Notes under the pieces: generated by a model | What the model was told of the DNA's origin: nothing | Database searches by the model: none | The model's input: the letters and a program-made list of their open reading frames with translations, nothing else | Program-made: the position numbers and the translations under genes | Shown: piece by piece, positions 12,862-26,099 of the stretch | How positions within the stretch are numbered: the first letter of the stretch is position 1 | How the letters are laid out: every line of letters starts with the position of its first letter | From: Chiloscyllium plagiosum | Lineage: Eukaryota | Assembly (NCBI RefSeq): GCF_004010195.1 | Contig: NW_025215329.1 | Location: 27,245 to 91,244 of the forward strand | Length of the DNA stretch: 64,000 nucleotides | Reading direction: 5' to 3'

Positions 12862-14650
12862 TATCCTTCATTCTGAAGCTGTGTCCCTGGGTCTTAGTCT
12901 CTCCTACCAGTGGAAGCATCCAGTCTATTCAGACCTCTCAGTATTCTGTAAGTTTCAATCAGATCCCCACTCATCCTTCTAAACTCCAGCAAGTACAGAC
13001 CCAGAGTCTGCAACTGCTCCTCATATGACAAACCCTTCAATAGACAATAGACAATAGGTGCAGGAGTAGGCCATTCAGCCCTTTGAGCCTGCACCGCCAT
13101 TCAATATAATCATGGCTGATCATTCCTAATCAGTATCCTGTTCCTGCCTTATCTCCATAACCCTTGATTCCACCATCTTTGAGAGCTCTATCCAACTCTT
13201 TCTTAAATGAATCCAGAGACTGGGCCTCCACTGCCCTCTGGGGCAGAGCATTCACACAGCCACCACTCTCTGGGTGAACAAGTTTCTCCTCATCTCTGTC
13301 CTAAATAGTCTACCCCGTATTTTTAAGCTGTGTCCTCTGGTTCAGCACTCACCCATCAGCGGAAACATGTTTCCTGCCTCCAGAGTGTCCAATCCTTTAA
13401 TAATCAGATCCCTTCAGAGCTTATGCCCGAAACGTCGATTCTCCTGTTCCATTGATGCTGCCTGACCTGCTGCGCTTTTCCAGCAACACATTTTCAACTC
13501 TCCTAGACTGTCCAAGTTCTGTTGAGTCCCCACTTTCTCAACACTACCTATCCCTACACTTATTTTTGTGTCATGTGAAAACTTAGCAATAATGTCCCCA
13601 GTTTCCTTCTCCAGATCATTAATGTATAATGTGAATGATTGTGGTTCCAACACAGATCCATGCGGAAACTCCACCAGTCACTGGCACCAATCCTAAAAAA
13701 GGACTCCTTTATCCCCACTCTCTGTCTTCTGCCAGTAGCTAATCCTCCATCCAAGCCAGTATATTGCCCCTAACACTATGGGCTCTTGACTAACTTAGCA
13801 GCCTCTAGTGCAACTTCTTGTCAAAGACCTTCGGGAAATCGACACATCCACTGGCTCTCCTTTGTCTAACCTGCTCATTATCTCCCCAAAAATTCTAATG
13901 AAGCCATGCTGACTCAGTCCTGTTTTACCATGCACTTCTAAGTACAGTGCAATCTCATCCTTAATAATGACTGTAAAATGACCAAGGTCGGACCAAACAG
14001 CTTATAATTTCCTGTCTTCTACCTCCCTCTCTTCTTAAACAGTTGTGCTACCTTAAGCCATTTTCTGTGCTCTGAGACCCTCCCTGACTCCAATGATTCC
14101 TGAAAGATCACCACCAATGCCTTCACAATTATCTTAGTTATCTGCTTTAAAACTCCAGGGTGTATTCCGTCCGGTCCTGGTGACTTATCCGCCTTCAGAC
14201 TTTTGAGCTTCCCCAGCACCTTCTCCTGAGTGATGGGCCCTCCACTCCCTTCTGCCCCATGACTCTCTTGAAATTCTGGTATGTTGCTGGTGTCTTCCAC
14301 TGTGAAAATCGATGCAAAGTATCTATTCAGTTCCTCCACCATTTCTTTGATCCCCATTACTACTTCTCCAGCCTAATCTTCTAGTGGTCCAGTGTCTATT
14401 CTTGCCTTTCTCTTACCTTTCAGATATGTACAAAAAACCTCTTGCAATCTTTTATACAACTCATTAGTTTACCCTCATATTTCACCTTTTGCCCCTTATT
14501 GGTTTTTCAGTTATCCTCTGGTGGTTTTTAAAAGCTTCCAAATTCTGTGGCTTTCCACTAACCTTCAGCACATTAATCACTTTCTCATTCGTTTTTATGC
14601 TGCCCCTGACTTCCCTTTTCAGCCATGGTTGCCTCATCCTCCCCATATTA

Positions 14651-14742
14651 CTGATGAAGAGCTTATGATCGAAACATCGACTCTCCTGCTCCTCAGATGC
14701 TGCCTGACCCCAGCTGTGCTTTTCCAGCACCACATCTTTTGA
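14651..14742 (+). mobile_element. PLE terminal-repeat mini-insertion starting exactly at the hammerhead core
   Basis: CTGATGA A GAGC TTAT GATC GAAA CATC; diverged 18-bp TSD at 14633-14650 and 14743-14760. Confidence 0.75.
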
Positions 14743-15261
14743 CTCATCCTTCCCTTAGTATGTTCCTTTTTCCTTGGCATGGTTGTGCGTCCCGAATTAT
14801 CCCCAGAAACACCTGCCATTGCTGTTGCACCATCTTCCCTTCCAATCAACTCTGGCCAGCTCCTCCCTCATGCCTTTGTAGTTACCTTTACACAATTGTA
14901 ATACCTTTACATCTCATTCCAGCTTCGTCCCCTCGTACTGAAGGGTATAGTCACTGCTCCCCCCCAGGGATTCCTTCACCTTCAGTTCTTTAATAAAGTC
15001 TGCCTCACTACACATCACTAAATCCAAAGAGTGTGCAAGCAGCCCATTCGACCCATCGAGTCCAGACCAACCCTCTGAAGAGCATCCCATCCAGACCCAC
15101 CCCTCTACCCTACCCTTGCATTTTCTGACCCTTTGTATTCCAGGGTACTTTGGGCAATTTAGAGTGGCCAATTCACCTAGCCTGCACATCTTGTGAGAGG
15201 AAACCTGAGCACCTGGAGGAAACCCATGCAGACACAAGGAGAATGTGCAAACTCCATACAG

Positions 15262-15490
15262 TGTTGAAACTTTATTGCTGGAACAGCACAGCAGGTCAGG
15301 CAGCATCCAGGGAACAGGAGATTCGACGTTTCGGGCACAGGCCCTTCTTCAGGAAACCTCCTTCCTGAAGAAGGGCCTGTGCCTGAAACGTCGAATCTCC
15401 TGTTCCCTGGATGCTACCTGACCTGCTGTGCTGTTCCAGCAATAAAGTTTCAACTTTGATCTCCAGCATCTGCAGACCTCACTTTCTCCT
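15262..15490. mobile_element. Palindromic PLE mini-element with two opposed hammerhead motifs
   Basis: ~90-bp inverted arms; 14-bp TSD caaactccatacag at 15248-15261 and 15491-15504. Confidence 0.9.
15322..15355 (-). ncRNA. Minimal type-I hammerhead ribozyme motif (intact core)
   Basis: Reverse complement reads ttc CTGAAGA A GGGC-CTGT-GCCC GAAA CGTC gaa. Confidence 0.7.
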
Positions 15491-15991
15491 CAAACTCCAT
15501 ACAGACAGTCTCCTGAGGGTGGAATTGAACCTGGGTCCCTGACACTATGAGGCAGCAGTGCTAACCACTGAGCCATCACACGGCCATACTCCCCTCCAAA
15601 AAATCTTGTTGATATTCCATGAATTCCTTTTTTTGGGATCAACTACCAACTTGATTTTCTCAATCCATTTGCACTTTGGTCAAAACCTCAATATCTCTTG
15701 TCATCCAGGGTTCCCTATTCCTGCCAACCTTGCCTTTCACTTTCAGTGAACCACAATGGGGTCCATCAGCTCCCACATCACGCAGGTACAGCACATCACT
15801 TGGCCCAGCACCATTATTTTATGACTTAGTTCTTAATTTGATGTTTATAAATTTTGTACTAGTCTCTTAGTCTGTAAATATTTCCCCTGCTTACCTTCAA
15901 TCTGGAAGTAACTCATAATATATAGTCAAATTAGCAGTATACACCAACCAATGAACTTACGATCTACCTATGATCTGGCTCTCTTGTGCTT

Positions 15992-16108
15992 GGTCCTGAA
16001 GAAGGGTTACATCCGAAATGTCGACTTCTCCACCTGCTGATGCTGCCTGGCTCGCTGTCTTCTCCCAGCCTCCTACCATGGATTCCAGCATCTGCAGCTT
16101 TTTTGTCT
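15992..16108 (+). mobile_element. PLE terminal fragment of another subfamily, with hammerhead motif
   Basis: ggtc CTGAAGA AGGGTTACATCC GAAA TGTC gact; ends ccagcatctgcag. Confidence 0.65.
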
Positions 16109-16637
16109 CAGACCCCTGATTCCAGGCTTCAATTCAGCCTGTTAAAATAAAACTTACAAACTATGAGCCCAAAGCAAGCAAGCAAAATGTACCTCTTCCC
16201 CTCTGCACCGAATTTACAGTCCATCAAGCCCGTGCTGGCTCACTGTGGAGCAATGCAGTCAATCCCATTTGTCCTGCCCTTTCATCAGGTTTCATTGCCT
16301 CATGTGCCCATCCAATTTCATTAACCACTCTGTTACTATCAGCCAAGTTTATGCCATGTTATTGTTCCAAAATTCCAGGACCTCTTCTTTCTTAAAAAAA
16401 AAAGTTTTCACAAACGCAGAAGAATAAATTACATATTTCACAATATCAAGAAGAAGTTAAATCATCATGTGTTGCTCTATGGTATGGGTTCCAGAACAGA
16501 CAGGACTGTACCTTTAAGACACTTTCCTGACATCATGGCATCTGATATAAAGATATGGGCCTCACCTTCAGTCACTGTCTCAGTGTAACAGGGTTAGTGT
16601 GTTAAGACAGTTAGCTCTGGATTGTAATATATACTAA

Positions 16638-17740
16638 GGGGAGGCAATGGCGTTGTCATATTGATGACATACTACTGAGAATCAGGTACTGATAGCACAA
16701 GGGCAAATTTGAATTTAATTTAAAACTCTGCACTTAAACATCCGGTGATGTCCGTGAAACCATTGTCATAAAAGCTCATCTGCTTCTATCGTGTCCTTTA
16801 GGGAAGGAAATCCTTACCTGGCCTTGCCTACATGTGACTCCAGCCCGATCGCAATGTGGTGAACTCTGAAATGAAAAGCATGGCGCTGGAAAGGCACAGC
16901 AGGTCAGGCAGCATCTGATGAGTAGGAGAATCGATGCTTCGGGCATAAGCCATTGATGAAGGATTTATCCAGTGCCACACTTTTCGGCTCTGATCGCGAA
17001 CATTTCCCGTCTTCACTTTCTCCTGGACTCTGAAATGGTCAAGTGGGCCAGCCTGTTATATCAACCACTAAAAACCTCTAAAGGTTTTTAGTGGTTGATA
17101 TAACACCTGGCTCACTGTGGAGCAATGCAGTCAATCCCATTTGTCCTGCCCTTTCATCAGGGCCTTCCAGGTTTCACCTAGCATCGACTTAGGCCCTGGG
17201 AAAGACAATGGCAGAAACAACATTTTCGACCCTGCAATGTCTTCCTTACTGACATCTGGGGGCTAGTACCAAAACTGGGAGAGCTGTCTCACAAGCTAGA
17301 GAGAAAACAGTCTGAGATAGTTATATTCAGGGAATCATACCATACAGTCTATGTCCCAGACACCGCCATCACCATCTCTGTGTATGTCCTGTCATAGGTC
17401 AGGTCCTAAAAGACTAGCTGCTAGACTGGGTCTGTGGCAGGTGGTGAGGGAACCAACAAGAGGGAAAAACATACTTGACTTTATCCTTACTAATCTGTCA
17501 GCTGCAGATGCATCTGTCCATGACAGTATCAGTAAGAGTTACCACCGCGCAGTTCTTGTAGAGATGAAGTTTCACCTTCACATTGAGAGTCCCTCCCATT
17601 GTGTTGTGCGGCACTATCACCGTGTTAAATGGGATAGTGTTCCAACAGATCCAGCAACTCAAGACATGGCATCTATGGGGCACTGTGGGACATTAGCGGC
17701 AGCAGAACTGTATACAACCACAATCTGTAATCTCATGGTC
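16638..17740 (+). mobile_element. LINE 5' part: SINE-family-2-like head running into an AP-endonuclease coding remnant
   Basis: ORF 17351-17776 QVVREPTRGKNILDFILTN...SKSYHRAV (APE C-terminal motifs); interrupted by a PLE mini-insertion at 16874-17026 (TSD actctgaaatg). Confidence 0.7.
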
Positions 17741-19789
17741 CAGTCACGTAAAAGTTCAATGGGGCTATCACATTGACAGTCACTGGCCAGAGACATCCAC
17801 CCAATCCCTTGGGGTCACTCCAGCAGTTGGTGCAGTTCAGTCACTGTGTCCCAGCATGTCGGAGGCCTTCCTGCTGAAGTTAAGTGGGGTCTGCTCAGAT
17901 ATCGGACCCTCCCAGTGCATCAGGTGCATGTAAATAGAATTTTGTATGTGTAAGAGATGTCTTTGGCTTGTTTGGATAGAGTGAAACTCCAATGTTTGTT
18001 TGTTTACTTGGTTAAACTACTGTACAGAATGAACTGCATTTATGGCTATGTATACATACAAAGATATTTTTTATGCGTAAAGTACATTTTTGAAATAAAA
18101 AATATCCTCAGTCTGTGCCAACCCTGGACCTCACCTATACAGAGGGAATGGCACCAAAGCTGAAAGATTCTGAATCTCCCTCATACCCCAAGGGTCCCTA
18201 CAGCTGTTGACCTCTCCACATGTTGGAGGCTGTTCAACTCCTCTGGCAGCTCACTGCTGGTCCAGGGCTTGTTGGAGCATCTATTCCTCCCCCATCTCTC
18301 TCTGCCACAGTTAGCCCTGCTAGCTCTCACAGTGTACCTGGTCCTTAGTAATGGGAACAGTCAACAGTCACATCCCTTACAAATGACAATTTAACCCACT
18401 CCTCCACAGAGTGAGATGTGGAACACTCATGCAGGGATGGCCATGAAATGACTCCTCTGGACAGTTCGACACATGAATGCTCCACAGGTCACGGGCAAAA
18501 AGGCAGGAGGAGAATCAAAATGCTTTATGCATATAAAACCCCTCTCCTATCAGCAGCCCCCCATCCCCTCACCTGTGAAAGGCATCATTTCATTTCAGAA
18601 TTATATTTACAGTTCAAGTGGCGTGGCACTCAGTTCTCGGCCCCTGTGTACCCTATGAGATCTTGCTGAGTACCTTGTGAGCCTCTTTTGAGGTCACCTG
18701 GGACTACACCTGTTTCCCAGAGCTCTCCCTCTGCTGTTTATAAGGACCAATGTCCTGGTGGACATTACCTGTAACAAGGACTTGCAGCCCACACACCCAT
18801 ACACAGTGATTGTAAATGATGTGAAGCTGTAACCTGCAGGTGTATAATTGATGCAAATGCCTCTTTAAGGGCAGAAGTAGAACTTACCTTAATGGCCATT
18901 GAACTGATATTGACTCTGGCCACTCTGAGCATGGTCCCAAACAGTTTCTACTCGCAGCTCATTTACAGCAATCGGTAGATCAGTAACAGGCCTCTCGGGC
19001 CCTTCCCCCACGCCACCACACCCAGCCTTCACCTCCCTGTCTACCTGGCTTTCCCTGGACAGGCTGCCTGCATTGACGTGTCCCCACCTACGACTCAAAC
19101 TGAGAATCTTCCTTACACCCCCAACCACTCCTCACCATTCCTTCGCATGGGATCCCCGTCCTTCTCATGTGCACTGCTGGCTCCCCTTCACCGTCCTTGT
19201 CTCCTCCATCTCCCAGGCAACTGGCAACAATCCCCAGCATTGATTCCCTCCACCTCCCTCTAGTTACGGTGCCCCCAATACTCACCCACCGATGCTCATT
19301 CCAATCACTGCCCCAGGACTGGCCATGACTCACCCATTGAACTGTCCTGAGATGGAACCATCGACCCTGACTCCCCCAGGCAGGTGACTCACCATGCCCA
19401 GGCCCTGGGCTGTGAGCAGACACTGTCCCTGAATGACTGCATCAGAACCCCCTGACTGACAGCAGCACCTCCCACCCCTTACCTTGACTTCACTGAGGAC
19501 ACGGCTCTTTGGTCAATGCATATGCAACATGTTTACTGCGCAGGCTGCAGGTACGTGTCTTAGTTAGGAGATTGGTGAAGAACAGTGCTATATAGTAACA
19601 TATCCACCCCATAGTCTGATTGCTACTGATCAACATGACACACTGCCTGGCTTTGTGTCTGTGCTAAGCAGCAAGCAGGAGAGAGGTGCCGTGAGCGGCC
19701 AGGTAGGCACGAGGTGAGTGAGTGCTAAGGGGGTATGCAAGCAACCCTGAGATGTAGCCCTGTCAAACCATGAGCTGGATGCCTCTCAC

Positions 19790-20437
19790 TGCACATAAAT
19801 ACACACACACCCTCTCACAGGTATATACTCTGCCACACTCACGTACACACTCTATCAAGCACGCACACGTGTAAACACACACACACAAACACGCACGCAC
19901 AAACACACATCTATAAGTCGGGTGACGTGAATTTGCATTTGCAGATACAATCTATTTTGTTAAAAAAAAACTCAATCTGTAGGCTGTCAGTCTATGTGAC
20001 ATTTTATAAATTCCCAATTTGGAAATAAAACCAGTCTGACTCAAGGCTGGGATACAGACAGACTCTAACCTCACATCTTAATGCATTGTCTGAGCCGAGA
20101 TGTTACCCTTTCTTTATGCTGATAAAACCTCAGGACTGTGACTTGAAAGCAGTTCTGGGATGTGCATGTTAGTCAATCAAAGCCTGCATCATCCATTCTA
20201 AGTGTTTAAAGACTTAACATCAATCTAGCTTTGTTCAATACATCGCATCAGTTGTATGACACTTTGATCTTTTACTATAAATTTTGTGTCCTATGGTCCT
20301 GCCCCACTAGTTATTTGACGAAGGAGCAGCGCTCCAAAGGCTTGTGCTTCCAAAATAAACCTGTTGGACTATAATCCAGTGTTGTCTGATTTTTAACTTT
20401 GTCCACCTCAGTCCAACACCAGCTCCTCCACATCATG
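19790..20437 (+). mobile_element. PLE family B 3' region (CA-rich) with degenerate hammerhead
   Basis: ttgacga AGGAGC-AGC-GCTCC aaag gctt...aataaacctgttggactata...ctcctccacatcatg. Confidence 0.6.
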
Positions 20438-20641
20438 AGGAGAAAGTGAGGTCTGCAGATGCTGGAGATCAGAGCTGAAAATGTGTTGCTGGAAAAGCGC
20501 AGCAGGTCAGGCAGCATCCAGGAAACAGGAGAATCGACGTTTCGGGCATAAGCCTGAAGAAGGGCTTATGCCCGAAACGTTGATTCTCCTGTTCCCTGGA
20601 TGCTGCCTGACCTGCTGCGCTTTTCCAGCAACACATTTTCA
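20438..20641. mobile_element. Palindromic PLE mini-element
   Basis: Inverted arms around gcataagcctgaagaagggcttatgc; 13-bp TSD cctccacatcatg at 20425-20437 and 20642-20654. Confidence 0.9.
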
Positions 20642-21509
20642 CCTCCACATCATGTTCTTCCAGCAATGAGAGCTGCCAGTGCACTCCAGATCACATCACT
20701 GAAGTGCAGTTGCATACTGTAAGTGGATCAGAGATGTGCCATGATAGTCCACTAAGTTGGCATATATCATCAGATGCCAACATCTGACAACATCACATGC
20801 ATTTGGCTGGTACCCAAAGAGCAGGCCGGGAGATGTTGGTGGCTGATGTCCAATATGGAACTCAAGGGAAGCAAGCAGCGAAATGGAGTTGCTAGGTACC
20901 CACCTAGAATTTAATATCCGGAATTTTCAGTGTTTAATTTCTATTCAACAACTGGTAGAACAGGGTCCCTGCAGAGTAAAGAGGCGATATTTGGTAGTTC
21001 TAGTTTGATTAATAAACAATAGTCCCCATTATTAGGCATTACACCACTCACTAGTGAGAATCTCATCTTGATGTCCAGGCCCATGTTGGAATACACAATC
21101 TATTCCTCCCGATATTGAGAAAGGCCACATTTGACTTTTTATACAACGCTCCCAAATTGTGGTCCATGTCGTTCAGGGTATGGGAAGATTTCACCCAAAG
21201 TGTTAGTACTGTTTCTTGTGGCTGGGGAATCATTAAAAACAAGGAACACTGGACCTTAAAAAATCAAAACAAAACTCAGTGATATCAATTATGTATGAGT
21301 ACTCCGGCCAGGAGATAAAATCAGTGACATTGTCATATTTAAACAATACAATGACAAGAAGGATAGGACGGTGAAAGCAGTAGGGGATGAACTAAATATG
21401 TTAGAATGATTCAAAAATGATTCAGAAATTGAAATTTCTAAAGTTGACCTTCTAGTACTCCGTTTGGATAGTAGGGAGGACTTCAAACGTTAGATGAAGT
21501 ATTGTGCCA

Positions 21510-22108
21510 TAGAAACATAGGAGCAGGGGTTGGTCAATAATCCTCTCTAGCCTACTCCACCATTCAATATGATCATGGCTAATTATTGAGCTCAATATGC
21601 TAATCCTGTCCTCCCCCCGTATCCCTTGATCCCTTTAGCCAGAAGAGCCCTATCTCCATCCTTTTTGAAATGTTTTGGCCACAACCACTTTCTGTGGAGG
21701 TGAATCCAACAGGCTCTCCACTTACTGGGTGAAGACATTTCTCCTCTTCTCAGTCCCAAAAGGTTATCCCCTTATTCTTAAACTATGACCCCTGGTTCTG
21801 GACTACCCCACCATCGGGAATATTCTTCCTGCATCTAACCTGCCTTGTCCTGTTAGAATTATGAGAGATCCTCCCCTCATACTTCTAAACTCAATCTCAT
21901 TTCATATGACAGTCCTGCCATCCCAGGAATCAATTTGGTAACCCTTCACTACACTCCCTGTATAGCAAGAACATCCTTCCTCAGATAAAGGGACCAAAAC
22001 TGCACACAATATTCCAGGTATAACCTCCCTCGTATTTGAATCCTCTTGCTATGAAGGTCAACGTGCAGTTTGCCTTCTTTACTGCCTGCTTACTTTCAGC
22101 AACTGGTG
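21510..22108 (-). mobile_element. CR1 3' fragment inserted in the Gypsy remnant
   Basis: catagaaacatag tail; CR1 3' motifs in reverse complement. Confidence 0.8.
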
Positions 22109-22140
22109 CACCCTTACATCCTTAACACTGGAGATGTTAG

Positions 22141-24865
22141 AACAAAGAACAAAGAACAGGGAATATTACAATGCAGGAACGGGCCCTTCAGCCCTCCAAG
22201 CCTGCGCTGGTCCATATCCTCGATCTAAATCTGCCATCTATTTTCTAAGGATCTATATCCCCTTGCTCCCCGCCCATTCATGTATCTGTCTAGATACATC
22301 TTAAATGATGCTATCATTCCCACCTCTACCACCTCCTCTGGCAATGCATTCCAGGCCCCCACCATCCTCTGCGTGAAGACCTTTCCCCGTATATCTCCCC
22401 TAAACTTTTCCCCTCTCACTTGGAACTCGCGACCCCTAGTAATTGAGTCCCCCACTCTGGGAAAAAGTTTCTTGCTATCCACCCTGTCCACACCTCTCAT
22501 GATTTTGTAGGCATCAAATCAGGTCTCCTCTCAACCTCCTTCTTTTCAATGAAAATAATCCTAATCTACTCAATCTCTCCTCATAGCTAGCACCCTCCAT
22601 ACCAGGCAACATCCTGGTGAACCTCCTCTGCACCCTCTCCAAAGCATCCATATCCTTTTGGTAATGTGGCAACCAGAACTGGACGCAGCATTCCAAATGT
22701 GGCCGAACCAAAGTCTTGTACAACTGTAACATGACCTGCCAATTCTTGAACTCAATACCCCGTCCAATGAAGGAAAGCATGCTGTATGCCTTCTTGCCCA
22801 CTCTACTGACCAGTGTTACCACCTGCAGGGAACAATGGACCTGAACACCCAGATCTTTCTGTACATCAGTTTTCCTCAGGACTTTTCCATTTACTGTATA
22901 GTTCGCTCTGGAATTGCATTTTCCAAAATGCATCACTTCGCAATGGCCTGGATGAAACTCCCTCTGCCATTTCTCTGCCCACCTCTCCAATCTATCTATA
23001 TTCTGCTGTATTCTCTGACAGTTCCTTTCACTATCTGCTATTCCACCAATCTTAGTGTCATCTGCAAACTTGCTAATGGGGCAACGTCATCTTCCTCCAA
23101 ATCATTTATTTTTATCACAAACAACAGTGCCCCAGCACGGATCCCAGTGGAACTCCACTGGTCACAGGTCTCCATTTTGAGAAGCTCCCTTCCACTACTA
23201 CTCTGTCTCCTGTCGCCCAACCTGTCCTCTATCCATCGAGCTGGAACACCCTGGACCTCATGTAATTTCACCTTCTTCATTAGCCTACATGGGGACCCTT
23301 ATCAAACACCTTACTAAAATCCACCTATATGACATCTACATCCCTTCCCTGATCAATCAACTTTGTCACCTCTTCAAAGAATTCTATTAGGTTTGTAAGA
23401 CATGACCTTCCCTTCACAAAACCATGCTGCCTAACACTGATAAGCCCATTTTCAAATGGGTATATATCTTATCCCTTAGTATCTTCTCCAGTAGCTTCCC
23501 TACCACTGACATCAGGCTCACTGGTCTGTAATTACCTGGATTATCCCTGCTACCCTTCTTAAACAAGGAGACAACTTTAGCAATTCTCCAGTCTTCTGGG
23601 ACCTCCCCAGTGTTCAAGGATGCTGAAAAGATATCTGCCTTAATGCCTTTCAGAATACACAACACTTCCTCCCTCTTTATGGTGACTTGATCCAGAGTAA
23701 TTAAACATCTATCTCTAACCTCAACATTCAGCATGTCCATCTCCTCTGTGAATACCAATGCAAAGTACTCATTAAGAATCTCACCGATTTTCTCTGACTC
23801 CACGCATAACCTTCCTCCTTTGTCCTTGAGTGGGTCAACCCTTTCCCTAGTTATCCACTTGATCCTGATTATGAATAAAAGGCTTTGGGATTTTCCTTAA
23901 CCCTGCTTGCTAAGAATATCTCATGACCTCTTTAGCCCTCTTAATGCCTCATTTCAGATTGGTCCTACAGCCCTGATATTCTTCCAAAGCTTCGTCTGAC
24001 TTCAGTTGCTTAAACCTTACGTATGCATCCATTAGCTAGTCTCACAATTTCACCTGCCATCCATGATTCCCTAACCTTGCCATTTCCATCCCTCATCTTC
24101 ACGGGAACTTATCTCTTCTGAGCTCTAATCAACCTCTCTTTAAAAGCCGCCCACATATCGAATGTGGATTTCCCTTCAAACAGCTGCTCCCAATCGACAT
24201 TCCCCGGCTCCTGCCGAATTTTGCTATAGTTGGTCTTCCCCCAATTTAGAACTCTTCCTTTAGGACCACTCTCATCTTTGTCCCTGAGCATCCTAAAACT
24301 TATGGAATTGTAATCACTATCCCCAAAGTAATTCCCCACTGAAACTTCAATCACCTGGCCAGGCTCATTTCCTAACACCAGGTCTAGTATGGCCCCTTCA
24401 TGAGTTGGACTATTTACAGACTGCTCTAGAAAACCCTCCTGGATGCTCCTTACAATTTCTGCTCCATCCAATCCTCTAACACTAAGTGAATCCCAGTCAA
24501 TGTTGGGAAAATTAAAATCTCCCATCACCACCACCCTTTTGCTCCTACATCTTCCCACAATCTGTTTACATATTTGTACCTCTATCTCACGCTCGCTGTA
24601 GTACAGCCCCAACATTGTTACCGCACCCTTCCTATGTCTGAGCTCTGCCCATAATGCCTCACTGCTCGAGTCCTCCATAGTGCCCTCCTTCAGCACAGCT
24701 GTGATATCTTCTTTGAGCAATGATGCAACCCCTCCAGCCTTTTACCCTCCCTCTCTATCCCGCCTGAAGCATCGATATCCTGGGATATTTAGTTGCCAAT
24801 CCTACCCTTCCCTCAACCAAGTCTCAGTAATAGCAATAACATCATACTCCCAGGTACTAATCCAA
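22141..24865 (-). mobile_element. CR1 LINE ORF2 (APE plus RT), frameshifted and internally deleted
   Basis: VVMGDFNFPNIDW, AILDLVLGNE, PEDWRIAKVVSLFKKG, QFWLPHYQKD; (aacaaag)n tail; 5-bp TSD gttag at 22136-22140 and 24866-24870. Confidence 0.92.
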
Positions 24866-26099
24866 GTTAGCCCAAGTGAAGGGAGAGATCAAGTTTATAA
24901 TGGACAATCGCTGAACCAAATGAAGTAGCTGGAAGTCACTTATGGTGATGTTGTCAAAACCAGATGGATTACAGTGATTCGTTATTGTTTATCATAATGT
25001 CAACACAGCAACAAAGATAGATTCATATTTAATTCCACAACTGGGGGATTGTAACAAGAGGACTGGACAAGCAAAGTTCATTACAAAACAAAATGACATA
25101 TAGAAGGGATGTTGGCAAGTCCCATCGACTGATGCACCTAAAGAGATCTCAGTTTTTTGTAACTCCTGATAGGCTGCACTCATGTAAAGCTTTATTGTTC
25201 AGATTGAAACTTGCAATGTTTCAATTAGGGTCATTGAAGATTTACGTTGCTTGATCTGTGCTGTGTTGTATGTTTGCGTGATCAGACAGACCTGCGAGGA
25301 ATACTCACAACATTTGATTGAATTGTTTGGTTGGTTGCAAAAAGCCAATTTGGTCATGCACTTGGCTAAAAGTGAACTGACCAAAGCAAAAGCAATCAAG
25401 ACCGAGTGGCACCTCGAGAAGCAAGTTTAAGGGCTATTGTGGAGTTTGCCATCCCTAAAACATGGTAAATAGCGTGAGTGGATTCCACCAGATGTTTGCT
25501 CTGAAGTTCAACACCGTAATGCCTTTTTTGACAAATTTGTTCAAGAAAAGCATGACATTTGAAAGGATAGAGTGATTCAGAGTGCCTTTGACAGCTTGAA
25601 AGTTGCACTGAGGTCTGGACCACTTTTGAAAAATCCAAGTTGCACTAAGCTATTAAAATTGGCTGTTGAAGCCAGCAATGTCAGTGTTGGTGCCGTTTCA
25701 GACAAGATACAGATCAAGCAACCAGTGAGTTATTTTAAAACATATTGCATGTGTGTCAGCAGAAATATTCAACTGTGGTAAAAGACACTTTTGTTTTGGT
25801 GTTGGCTCTGCAACATCTTAAAATCTACATATCTAACAATTCTACAGAAACTGCATTTGTACAGAACATAATGCTCTACTGTTTTAGTGAAATTTGATAA
25901 GAATTTGAAACTGTTATGTTGGAATTCAATACTAAAATGATAGAATTGAGAAAGCGTTCACAAGCGGGAAGTGACAATATCATAACAGATGCTTTATCGA
26001 ATGCAAGTATGGAGAAACTGAATGTTGCAATCAAAAGGGCTTTGTAGAAAATGATGGTTATAAATCCTCATATCTTTAATGTAAATATGTTGTTGCTGT

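Larger units (their letters stand above)
15035..15582 (-). mobile_element. HE1 V-SINE interrupted by a PLE palindrome
   Basis: SINE sequence resumes after the duplicated caaactccatacag. Confidence 0.85.
13038..15725 (-). mobile_element. CR1 LINE mosaic (several nested fragments)
   Basis: (caataga)n tail at ~13038; YINDLE..IIAKF, LNRYFASIFTVED, KSPGPDGIHP. Confidence 0.85.
17770..21196 (-). mobile_element. Possible PIF/Harbinger remnant
   Basis: Ends ...gaagatttcaccc (GGG-type terminus); minus-strand QSQYQFNGH then AAG|GTAAGT resembles the end of a Myb/SANT exon; highly decayed. Confidence 0.35.
21197..26000 (+). mobile_element. Decayed Gmr1-type Gypsy pol (integrase C-terminus, RT, RNase H), split by CR1 insertions
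   Basis: 21197 KVLVLFLVAGESLKTRNTGP*KIKTKLSDINYV (GPY/F module); HPYILN..EMLAQVKGEIK across 22109-24895; DSYLIPQLGDC..GQAKFITK; SAFDSLK...KLAVEASNVSVGAV; KYSTV; DNIITDALS. Confidence 0.8.
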
